NCBI RefSeq assembly: GCF_006345805.1
Contig: NC_043000.1
Span: 42,346,001-42,410,000, forward strand
DNA length: 64,000 nucleotides
Source of the DNA: Octopus sinensis
Lineage: Eukaryota
Reading direction: 5' to 3'
The notes beneath the pieces were generated by a model that did not search any database, was not told the DNA's origin, and was given only the letters and a program-made list of their open reading frames with translations. Positions 42,415 to 53,662 of the stretch are shown piece after piece. Positions within the stretch are counted from its first letter, which is position 1. The number at the start of each line of letters is the position of its first letter. A program made the translations under genes and the position numbers.

Positions 42415-43078
42415 GTAAAAGCACCTAATAACAACAAGATCAATAATAATAATAATAATAATAATAATAGTAGTAGTAAATAGAATAATAGCAAGAAAAA
42501 TAATGTTAATATCAAAGTAAAATTAATAAGAATTACTTTTATATTTTACATATGCGTTGTTGCAACCACGAACACACACGTGTATGTGTGTGTGTGTGTG
42601 TTTGTGTGTGTGTATGTGTGTGTGTGCGCGCACATACATGCCTGTGGTGGCGAAATTTAATGTTTAAAAATGTTTTGAAATCTTAACAAAAATAAAACAA
42701 AACAAAAGAAAAATACTAATATGAATTCTTCTAAATCTCATCTATAAATTGTTCCCATATCTGTGAAAGGAAAATGCTTATTCTGTCATAACAACAACTT
42801 TAGCCACACTACTTAAGAAATAATGGTTGTTTTATTGTTGTTGGTAATGTCGTCTGTAATGAGAAGCATTCCATTTCATCCATCTTGTTTTTTATTCAGA
42901 CATTGTGTATTTTGGACTCTATTTCACAATGTCCTTCGTTTTTTAAGGCCGTAAACGTTGATATATGGGACATTTGAATGCTGTGTATCAACGTAAAAAA
43001 AGAGTGTCTTTTTCCACTACCGTAACCAAGTGGTGCATCTCCTAGAGAGAGCTTAACTGAGTACTAGGCGTAATAATA

Positions 43079-43252
43079 AAATTACAGGGAGCGATGCAAT
43101 CAACTGAATATTTTTAAGATACTGACCAACATGGGCTCTTGGCATTCTCAAAAGTATGTGTTTTCATACAGTTTACGGTGATAAGATTGTATGGAATAAA
43201 AAAATGTACAAAACAATTTGCTATAGAAACTTTTAAATGTTAAACTCTAAAA
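43079..43252 (+). repeat. 173-bp segment duplicated at 48946-49118
   Basis: About four differences between copies by eye. Confidence 0.92.
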
Positions 43253-43700
43253 CCATTGATAACGATTGCAGTAGAGTATAAAGCAGATTTCCCAATCAAT
43301 TAAATCGTAAAACCAATATTGATTCCTTTTAGTTCTTTCCATTTTGATTTCACGATCACAATCAATTCCTGGTCATGATAAAGGCATCTCTAAAAACTGG
43401 GGCTTTTGTTTACTCAAGACGACAAAAACGTCAATCGCAGTTGTTTAGTTCCAGGCAAGTCCGACACATGATGAAAGGCTTTCAAACTAAACGATGATCA
43501 TGCTCCCTTTTCTTTCGGAAATTTTGAATTATAAAGTCGTGTGTACTCTTTTCTTTTGGTACGATAGTGGGAATATTTCAGTGATTATTTCGGTTCTGTT
43601 CTACTTGGTCAAGCGACTACGTCAAAACGAGATAATCTGAAAGACTTGGCAAAAATTCAGATTCAAGAAGTGGTGTTGCGAGTAGGATGTTCTTTCTAGT
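43100..43700 (-). mobile_element. Possible decayed Sola-type DNA transposase remnant
   Basis: Minus-strand KYSHYRTKRKEY, KPFIMCRTC and IDCDREIKMERTKR..FYDLIDW resemble Sola motifs (SHY, P..D.C..C, CDRDF..IE...DW). Confidence 0.4.
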
Positions 43701-45162
43701 CCTCCGAGTTTGCAATATTGGGACAGAATCTTGCTCTTAACTTATCTCCTCCTCTTACATCGCCAGTTTCATTGAGATGGTGAGAATTTTCCTTATTCAC
43801 TCTTCTACATTCTGTAAGATTCGAGAGTGCTTCAAAGAAGTTTAAAATAGTCACGTTAAGTGTTATCATATCTGATGTTAATACATCTAACGTAGGGAAC
43901 TTCACGAACATAATTAGGAATAATAATGCAGTTCTTTAAAAACATAAGCTTGATGGTTAAGATTATTTAAATCATCTTATTAAGTGCGATATACAACTCC
44001 GCACATGCTTTTGAGGCATTAGACTTCTTCAACGAATCATAAGATTCAATGCATTTATCAAAGTAAATATTCATGATTACATTGTATATGACGTGTATCT
44101 ATGAAACTTAACCTCTTTTTAACCATTGGGGTTAATTTCAGTTCTGGAACGGAAACAACAGCCAACGTCCACAGCTTGGCAATATTGAAATGGCGTCGCT
44201 GTCCATAGTGTGGTTTTTTTATTGATAACTCGCTGTTTCCATTTTCTGCTTTTGCCTCTGATATTTGAGTAAATTCATTTTAAGGTTCCTTCTTGTTAGT
44301 TATTGCTGCTTGAGACAAGTATTGTCACAGAAAACACCAGAGCTAGCAGTAATACTTGCGGGAGCGTAGCCAAAAGATTTCAAAAGAATAAATAATTAAA
44401 TAATATAAATAAGTGTCTTAGATTATTGGCAGATATGTCTCTTCTAAAACACAACAGCTTCTGTAATCAGGGAACCAATTTTCAGATCACAACACTTGCC
44501 AAGCTGTAAAGGAAAAACAACATTGTGTTCGAAGAAAGCAATTCAATGGGAATAAATAGAAAAATAGATGAAAATTGCGGTATTTTTTATTTGTCTTTCT
44601 TTTGTTGTTGCTTTTTCTATACCTCAAACAATCTTGTATGAATGAATTACTGCTGTGCATGGATTCCCTGCGGGAGAAACATGAAAACTATATCAGAGTT
44701 CAAATTAGTGATGTCTGAGAATACACTCAGGTGAAATGACTTTACTTTAGACACAGTTGTAATTGATTCTGCTCTAGACATGACTATTGATTAGGTACAT
44801 TGGCATAAGTCCATGCAAATTTTTAAGATGGGGGGAATATAGTCCATTGACGTTTCTGCAATAATGTCGGAGAAAAATGCAGCCAGTTGAAATAGCTTTA
44901 CATTAGTCAGTTAGAATTGAGCCTGTATTGTACATCAACATCAATTATCTTTGTAAGGTATTACTATTTATGAACTTTTATTCTCCACTGACACAAGTAA
45001 CACACATTTTAAGACGGACAGCATGACCAAAATTTACTTGCCTACAACCTACGCGAGAATACAATTTATTTGTTTTCAGGCGAAGCTTAAGGCCCTAAAA
45101 TATTAGCTCCAACAATCTTACGGCTATTGCAGTTATTGACCTTGTTTATGAACTCTCCTATA

Positions 45163-45325
45163 GGCGTAGGAGTGGCTGTGTGGTAAGTAGCTTGCTCATG
45201 AACCGCATGGTTCCGGGTTCAGTCCCACTGCGTGGCACCTTGGGCAAGTGTTTCTACTATAGCCTCGGGCCGACCAAAGCCTTGTGAGTGGATTTGGTAG
45301 ACGAAAACTGAAAGAAGCCTGTTGT
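45163..45325 (+). mobile_element. tRNA/CORE-like SINE head (well preserved); probable tail at 47630-47820
   Basis: ggcgtaggagtggctgtgtggtaagtagc...ggttcagtcccactgcgtggcaccttgggcaagtg. Confidence 0.9.
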
Positions 45326-45355
45326 ATATATGTGTATATATATATTATATATATA

Positions 45356-46236
45356 TACTCACATATATATATTTATATATGCATGTATATATACATGTAG
45401 ATGTAGGTATGTACATATATGTATGTATGTATGCATGTATTTTATTTATTACACTATTGTATGACTGAGCGCCCTCGCGTCGATTCGATTCGATTCGTTT
45501 CGTTTCGTTTCTTCTTCTCCAAGTACAGTTTTATATATAATTATGACGCGAAACTCTATAACTCTTTGCTTGACCTTCCCTTCTTTCTCTCTCTCTCCCT
45601 CTCTCTCTCTCTCCTCCTCATCTCTCTCACATCCGCTTGTCTTCCTCTATCTCTCTCTCTCTCTCACTTCTCCTCATCTCTCTCAGCCGGCCGATACTTC
45701 CTTTCGCCTGCGGCCTCCTTACTATAAACGAACGGTTTTTCTTGCGCTCTTCGAATCTCTCCTCGTCTAGGCCAAAAAAGGCCCTCTTTGTTTGTTTTTT
45801 TGTTTGTTTTCATTTCTTGTATTGAATTTTTTTGTAATTGTATTTTTATTTTGTATTTTATTCTGTATTTTACTTTGTAATTTTATTTGTAACGTTTTTA
45901 CGTCCTGTTTGTGTCACATTTTTTTCTTTCCTTGTTTTTACCCCTCTGCGAAGTAATTTTATTTAATTCTTTCGCAGGAAGGGCTAGTTCGACGAGTCGT
46001 GTTCTGTCCTCAACTTCGAAACACGCTGGAGTTGAACTAGGGACAGCTGATGAAGGGGATGTTTCCTTGTATAGTTTGTCTTGTACTCTGTTTTTTCGTT
46101 GTTAAAAAAGGTCCGTTCCATGCTTGTTTTTACGTTTTCGTTTCTCGTTGAGTTCTAAGTCTATTTGTGGTGTCCTGTACTCACGTATATATATTTATAT
46201 ATGCATGTATATATACATGTAGATGTAGGTACGTAC

Positions 46237-46267
<31 letters not shown>

Positions 46268-46366
46268 CATATATTTTATTTATTACACTATTGTATGACT
46301 GAGCGCCCTCGCGTCGATTCGATTCGATTCGTTTCGTTTCGTTTCTTCTTTTTACAAGTACAGTTT
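45356..46366. mobile_element. ~1-kb insertion bounded by ~180-bp direct repeats (partial-tandem, PLE pLTR-like)
   Basis: 45356-45531 and 46178-46366 share tactcac...gactgagcgccctcgcgtcgattcgattcg...caagtacagttt. Confidence 0.7.
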
Positions 46367-46547
46367 ATATATATATATATATGTTTTGGCTACACGCGGG
46401 TGGGAAGGGGCTGTTGACACAATCGTTTCATTCACAAATTGAATTCGGTGATACCAGTTGCGGGTTCTAGCTCGCTCTGATACTGAGTGGAGTTGGTGCC
46501 TTCTGGTATCTCAAAATTCAATATATAATCATTTATGATTATAGTAT

Positions 46548-46661
46548 TCTACGCTGAAGAGAAAAGAAGTTTCGGTAAGATAGAATTATTTATTATTTAA
46601 TATTTAATATTTAATTCGTATGCTTTCCTTAAAACTTGATTTCGAAACGTACGTCCGTGGA
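46548..46661 (+). ncRNA. Type I hammerhead ribozyme with extended stem II, copy 1
   Basis: UCUACG-CUGAAGA-GAAAAGAAGUUU(~59 nt)AAACUUGAUUUC-GAAA-CGUACG-UC-CGUGGA. All core nucleotides present; predicted cleavage after C46655. Confidence 0.75.
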
Positions 46662-47147
46662 TAACTAAAAAAATGTATGATAGATTGCAGTCAATTAATT
46701 CTCTCTTACCTGTTTGTGCCTTCAAATGCTGTTTTTACTGAGATCTCCCTTTTTAGTAGAAGAAATAGCTATAACCCTTTGACTGCTATTTCTAAATTCG
46801 GTATGTGGTAAGGCAACTCGTTGCTAAACCCTTATTGCTTAGTATTACTTAAATTTTCCTCGAATGAGGCTTTTACATGCCGAAGACTACTTGGTGTAAT
46901 TGATAATTTTTCCAAATTAATTAATTTCACCCTTCATTATTACGGATAACCATATTTTATCTCAGTAGATGACCACAGCATCTTGTTTTGGCTACACGCG
47001 GGTGGGAGGGGCTGTTGACACAATCGTTTCATTCACAAATTGAATTCGGTGATACCAGTTGCGGGTTCTAGCTCGCTCTGATACTGAGTGGAGTTGGTGC
47101 CTTCTGGTATCTCAAAATTCAATATATAATCATTATGATTATAGTAT

Positions 47148-47261
47148 TCTACGCTGAAGAGAAAAGAAGTTTCGGTAAGATAGAATTATTTATTATTTAA
47201 TATTTAATATTTAATTCGTATGCTTTCCTTAAAACTTGATTTCGAAACGTACGTCCGTGGA
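47148..47261 (+). ncRNA. Type I hammerhead ribozyme with extended stem II, copy 2
   Basis: Identical to copy 1; predicted cleavage after C47255. Confidence 0.75.
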
Positions 47262-47546
47262 TAACTAAAAAAATGTATGATAGATTGCAGTCAATTAATT
47301 CTCTCTTACCTGTTTGTGCCTTCCAAATGCTGTTTTTACTGAGATCTCCCTTTTTAGTAGAAGAAATAGCTATAACCCTTGACTGCTATTTCTAAATTCG
47401 GTATGTGGTAAGGCAACTCGTTGCTAAACCCTTATTGCTTAGTATTACTTAAATTTTCCTCGAATGAGGCTTTTACATGCCGAAGACTACTTGGTGTAAT
47501 TGATAATTTTTCCAAATTAATTAATTTCACCCTTCATTATTACGGA

Positions 47547-47590
<44 letters not shown>

Positions 47591-47629
47591 TGTATATGTA
47601 TGTATGTGTGTGTATATATGCTTGTGTGT

Positions 47630-47820
47630 CTGTTTGTCCCTCCGACATCGCTTGACAACCGATGCTAGTGTGTTTACATCCCGTAACTTAGCGGTTCGGC
47701 AAAACAGACCGATAGAATAAGTACTAGGCTTAGAAAGAATAAGTCCTGGGGTCGATTTGCTCGACTAAAGGCGGTGCTCCAGCATGACCACAGTCAAATG
47801 ACTGAAATAAGTAAAAGAGA
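47630..47820 (+). mobile_element. CORE-like SINE tail (well preserved)
   Basis: catcgcttgacaaccgatgctagtg...aaaggcggtgctccagcatgaccacagtcaaatgactgaaa. Confidence 0.9.
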
Positions 47821-49123
47821 GTATAGTACATTAAATTTGCTCCAACAGATCACTCGTAAATTATTCCCAAGACTGTAAACAGCATGAATGAAAATTGAAT
47901 TCTACTATAGTTAAATGCAAACTTAAATGCAAGGCTTTTACATTGTATCTAGATTTAATTCATTTAAATTGGAAGTCATTTAACAATACTCTACCGTTTC
48001 TGTTAATAATATAATCTCCAGAGGTACGAAACTGTGGAGGATGGCGGTAACATAGTGGGTTCTTTTTTCGGTGACGAAAGGAGAGACGAGTGAGTCAAGA
48101 GTGCCTATGTGGATGTAGTATGAGTCAAGGCAAACGTCACTAAGATAACGATAAAACAGGCAGATAGGAGAAACACTTACTGGTATAACATTCTTCTTTT
48201 CTTTTCAATCATTAGTTAGAAATTTTGTAAAAAATAACTTAAAATTATATATATAATTTTATATAAATCAAGAGGCCTTGGATGCTTTTGTTTTAAGATG
48301 TATAGAATTAACAATATTCAGTACAAACAACGAAGTGTAAAGAAATTTAGAAGTATTCAAATTGTCTTTAAAATTTAATTAAATTAGAGCAATCGAAATT
48401 AAAATTCTGGTCGTAATTACATATTTTCGAAAAATAAAATAAAACTTCATTTTTGAAACATGCACTAAACGAAATCCAACCGAAGAACTTTTTGCTATTC
48501 ACCTTCAGAAGATCGAGAAAATAAAGTACAAGACAAGTACTGGATTTGATATAATTGACCGCGCCCCATTCACAAGCGGCATTAGGCTACGAATGAGTAT
48601 TTATGAAAGTGTAGCTGATAGTTGTTTTTTTATATGTATTCGCGTACACATCCATATTTTTGTAACAGCTATTAAGAAATTAACCAAATCGTTAGAACTT
48701 ACTCTCTGATGTACGAAGACAAAGTATTTTGAAACAGCATTTATCGTTGCTTTCGAAATGGAGTCAATAAATACTAGGCATAAACTGCAGTCGATTTAAA
48801 CGACTGAACTTTATCATAACAGTGTGCTCATCTCGATCGTCTGAGAAATGCCAGAACGCTTCTCAACTATTGCGGGACGAGTTCAAACCGCCAAAAAACG
48901 ATTCCCTAAGTAGTCGCTTCAGCTGCTACACACAGCATTCAAAAGAAATTACAGGGAGCGTTGCAATCAACTGAATATTTTAAAGATACTGACCAACATG
49001 GGCTCTTGGCATTCTCAAAAGTATGTGTTTTCATACAGTTTACGGTAATAAGATTGTATGGAATAAAAAATGTACAAAACAATTTGCTATAGAAACTTTT
49101 AAATGTTAAACTCTAAAAACCTT

Positions 49124-49171
49124 TATTTATACATACAGAGAGAGGGAGAGAAAGAAAGAGTGAGGTGTATA

Positions 49172-49234
<63 letters not shown>

Positions 49235-49476
49235 TTAGAGACAAAACCACTATTATGCAAATCAAACAAAGAAAGTCTTTCTTTGTTTGATTTGCATAAT
49301 AGTGGTTTTGTCTCTAATTAATATTATATAATATTTTACTATAAAATTGGATTCAGTCCTAAATCTGATTTTTCCCTGTAAATTTGGATTTATTCCCTAA
49401 TATTTATTATTATATATATATATATTCATATACACCTCACTCTTTCTTTCTCTCCCTCTCTCTGTATGTATAAATA
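49124..49476. repeat. Nested inverted repeats: outer arms 49124-49180/49411-49476; inner perfect palindrome 49222-49330
   Basis: Inner arms of 54 bp separated by a single T at 49276. Confidence 0.93.
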
Positions 49477-49489
49477 TTTGTGTGTGTGT

Positions 49490-49700
49490 GTGAAGGTGCT
49501 TGGCTCAGTGGTTATAGTGTCGAGCTTTCAATCGTGAGGTTGTAAGTTCGACTCACGGACCGGACTGTGTGTTGTATTCTTGAGCAAGACACTTCACGTT
49601 TCTCTAGCGCACTCAGCTGTTGAAAGGAGTCGTGGCATCACTGGTGCCTAGCTCTATCGGCCTTTGCCTTTCCCTTGAGCAATATCAGTGGTGCAGATAT
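49490..49700 (+). mobile_element. tRNA-derived SINE (family C)
   Basis: Homologous to 3845-4180. Confidence 0.8.
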
Positions 49701-51300
49701 ACATGGGCGACTCAGAAAAGTAGCAGTTTCCTTGTCTTTGCACTCGAAGGAATACACGTGCTATATAAATATTTCCGTGAAGTTACTAGATCTTAGGTTT
49801 GTAGAGTTTCTCAGAATACCACCAAGTAGGATATAGGTTATTCTAGAGACTATTCTAGGGATTATTCTAGGGATTATTCAAAAGCCAAATCCATCCAAGG
49901 GAGAATTAGTGGAATTTTGGCAGTGGAATATTTCGGTGTGAGTTTGTGGATCTGTATTTTGATGATGTGAGCGATGTTGGATGCAATGATGTTTAACCAG
50001 GAGCAGCTAACTGTTATGAGCTTTAAAATATTTTAATACTTGTGGATGTTAGGCAAGTGCTTTCTATTTGGGGGCAGAAAACTTCTTTCAACATGCCGTA
50101 CTTCACTGTGATGGAGGGGCCCACTGTAGACATTTGTCATCAACGATAACTTATGCTAATACTAGAGACAAGATTCCTAATTATACAAAACTTTTTGAAG
50201 CTCGTATTTGTGTATACATTTTTCTTTTTCGGCTTTGTATAGGGGAGTTTTGTCTGTCATGAAATCAACAGTAATATGAAAAGTAAACATAGATTAAGTA
50301 AGTTATGATAAATAGATTTAGCCGAACATTTTGAAGTGTTTTCATGCATAATTTATGAGCATTAATTTGTGAACCATAAATATAAGGATATCCAAGTTCA
50401 TATTTTAAAAAATATCATGAACTGAGTATGACACATCTGTCTACTCCTATACATACACGCCTGACTGAAGCTTAAACAATAAAAATTTAATATCAAAGTA
50501 AACACACATCCCTTTACCATAACTTTCTATCACCTCACACCCTACAAACACATACTTTCCTCATATGCTCCATTATTTCTCCGTTCTTACACAATTATTT
50601 CCCATGTCAATATATACCAACTTAATTATAATTATTATATAAATTACTCAACTTGAAAAAAGAAAAAAAACAACAACTGTCAAAGTTTTGAGAAGCCAGA
50701 ATGAAGCAATAAAAGAGAAGTCGAAACTTCGAAGATGCCCTAAAGGTTTTCATTATAAAATTTAATATCTAACTACCTGTCTGTTTGTCTGTTGGTTTGT
50801 CTGTCAGTCTGACTGTCTAGCTATTTATATAAGTGTGCTTTTATGAGGATAGATATGTGTTTGTGTATTTATATTACATTTTATATTGATTTATAAAACA
50901 AGAGTCCCTTTATATCTCGGAACTTAGCAGTACAACAAAAGTGTTCGATAAAGGAAGTACCAGACTGAAATAAGTACTGAAAATGGAATGATCGACTTCA
51001 GCCATTGAAAACGGTGCATCAACCTGGCAAAAGTCCGTTGGCTGAAACCAATAAAAGAATAAAGAATACATAGGCAGAATAAATTTCATTTTGGGATGTG
51101 AAATGTCTGGCCTAGTTTCATCTCTGCACAAAGGAATCTGTCCATAAGATAACAAAAGTAACCAATGCAGAACCAACGAAAATTGATGTCTATCGATTGA
51201 TTCGTTTTAAATCTTAGATTTTAGTGATGAATAGACAAAAGAAATGCTTGCTTTAGCAATGAATGCGAACAGAAAGTTTGTAACAATATGTATGTATGCT

Positions 51301-51350
<50 letters not shown>

Positions 51351-51427
51351 CATACATACATGCATATGTTGTATACATATATACATACACACATACTTAT
51401 ATATATATAATATATATATATATATAT

Positions 51428-51468
<41 letters not shown>

Positions 51469-51478
51469 AATATATATG

Positions 51479-51512
<34 letters not shown>

Positions 51513-52147
51513 ATAATGTAAGTGTGTATTTATATATATATATATATAATGTAAGTGTGTATTATATATATAAAAATTGTGTGATAAGTAGCTTATATTT
51601 GGTTTCATAGTTAATGATTTAGCAATGAAACTCTTCTGAACTGGACTATTGGTCGGAATCTTTCTTCATATTGAAAGATTTAAAACTCACGCATTAATTG
51701 AGATTGAGATCATATAAACGCATGAAGCATAACCTTATAAACTTCTAATAAATATAATAGAATTGCTTTTGTTGTTCATAGAATTTCATTACAGCGAATA
51801 TCTTGCCGTATGTTGTATGTCCACTAATAAATGTCTTGTCATTTCATTTTAACAAAGGAATATATGCATACATACATATGTATACACACACACACACACA
51901 CACACACACATATGTATGATTATATACATTTACATTACACACAAACACACAGACACACAGACACAGACAGACACATACACACACATATACGTCTGTATGT
52001 ATAGCTACACAATCATGTATATACATGTGTGTGTATATGCATGTATGTATATATATATTATATATACATATACATACATACATATATATATATAGATGTG
52101 CATTTATATCCCTATATCTATATCTATCTATCTATCTTTCTATCTAA

Positions 52148-53513
52148 GCATTTCTCTTCCACTTCTTGTGGAAAGGATGCGTCCCGATGGTCAGGCGATC
52201 CATTTGCTGTCAACACCCGTTAAAATGGGTATGCCATGGTTGATGATACGCAGACACGCGCTGAGACTGCGACATCTCCGGCTCTATGTAGACGACGGTG
52301 AACAGGTGTGGTCGCCGTTTGTGAGGCACGCGTTCCCGCAGCTCGTCTCCATGACCGAACTGCAGTCGTGGATCAAAAAGAGGCCGAGGAAGGGTGAATG
52401 GCACCGCGAGTGTCGCGTTGCTCTCAAGCAACTCTACCGTCCCGGGTCGACCTTGAGTGACTTCAACACGACCAAAGCATTCTATAGGGGATTAGTGGAG
52501 GGGAGGTACGACGACGATCTTGGGGCAAACCTGGGCGTCGACGAGGAATACCTGACCCGCCTGTTTGAAACGACTTTCGGGCCGGGACCTATGGACAACT
52601 TCCAGAGATCCCTGGCCTGGCGGTGCTACCGAGAAGCGCTACCCGTTCGGGATAAGCTCTATAGGCATGGCTCGAGAAACACGGGGCCGACCTGCCCGAG
52701 ATGCGGGCAGAGCGACGAAACCGCTCTGCACGCAATCGTGCAGTGTCCAACAATCTCCGACCTGTGGGCTTATGTCGAACGACTGCTGTCACGTGTAGGA
52801 CGTGTCGGTTTATCAGCCGAGTCTATCGTTAATATCGTCACGCCTCCTTCCTTCAAACGGGAAGGAAGAGCTATTTTTAATCATACTTGTGGCTATGGCG
52901 AAAGAATGTATCTGGTGGACGCGCCTGAAACGATTAGAGACAAACACTTTCCTCTCTGGTCAATCTCTCACCAACTTCTTCAAGTATCACTTGAAGAAGC
53001 ATCACTTGAAGAGGAAAGTGAGAGTAGAGAGGCAAGTTTTGTCTAGTGAATGTTTTAAAAAAAGATGGGTGAATGTAGCAAGGATGGCACGAATGAATGA
53101 CGAAGCCACCTTGACTATGATTCTATGAACCGTAAAAATTAATACAGAGAGTTGCTTATTTGCAAAATAAAAAAACGAAAAAAAAAAGAAATATAACATG
53201 TGACTTCATTGACCGAGGTTACCGTGGTCTTTTCCGTAGGCTTTTCTTTCCACGGGTAAACCTCACCTGTCCTCCCCTTTACACTTCATATTGACATTTC
53301 TGTGATAACGATCCCTATTGATCAAATTTCCCCACCTCTTTAAAAAAAATAAATTTAATTCTATTTTATCCCCCTCTTTTTTGTCCTCTTTCTTTCCCTT
53401 TACGATCCCTTTTGATCGAAAACCAAACCCCCTTCTTTTACCCCCAAAAGAAAAGTTCTACCTTGTAATTTTGTCCTGTCTGTGTGCAGCCCTGTGTGGC
53501 TAATAAAGAAACA
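52148..53513 (+). mobile_element. Tx1/L1-like LINE, 5'-truncated 3' part with zf-RVT CCHC motif and 3' UTR
   Basis: FLWKG..MVRR, LAWRCYREALPVRDKL..CPRCGQSDETALHAIVQC..LW, MAKECIWWTR. Two frameshifts, GC/CpG retained, ends aataaagaaaca. Confidence 0.88.
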
Positions 53514-53621
53514 TATCTATGCATATATACATATATGTATATATCATATTCATATATATATATTTATATGTGTATATATGAACACATACACGCACACATA
53601 TGTATATATACACACATAAAT

Positions 53622-53662
<41 letters not shown>

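Larger units (their letters stand above)
46382..47549 (+). repeat. Near-identical partial tandem duplication (period ~600 bp) with one HHR per unit; retrozyme/PLE-pLTR-like
   Basis: 46382-46949 and 46984-47549 differ only by single-base indels; 34-nt single-copy linker; (TA)n on both flanks. Confidence 0.92.

Noticed and set aside
46000-46085. Canonical hammerhead at ggacagCTGATGAagggga
   Set aside because: No GAAA follows the putative stem II (GUAUAGU instead), and a permuted fold using the upstream GAAA lacks a convincing stem I. Kept only as an open question.
48010-48140. Micro-exon or AP-1/CRE enhancer (two TGAGTCA)
   Set aside because: Short motifs are expected by chance and there is no independent support.
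51630-51665. HHR-like ctgaactggactattggtcggaat
   Set aside because: Too many core deviations and no clear stem I.
52096-53046. 316-aa ORF as a host gene
   Set aside because: It begins in a microsatellite and is a frameshifted, 5'-truncated LINE ORF2 C-terminus.
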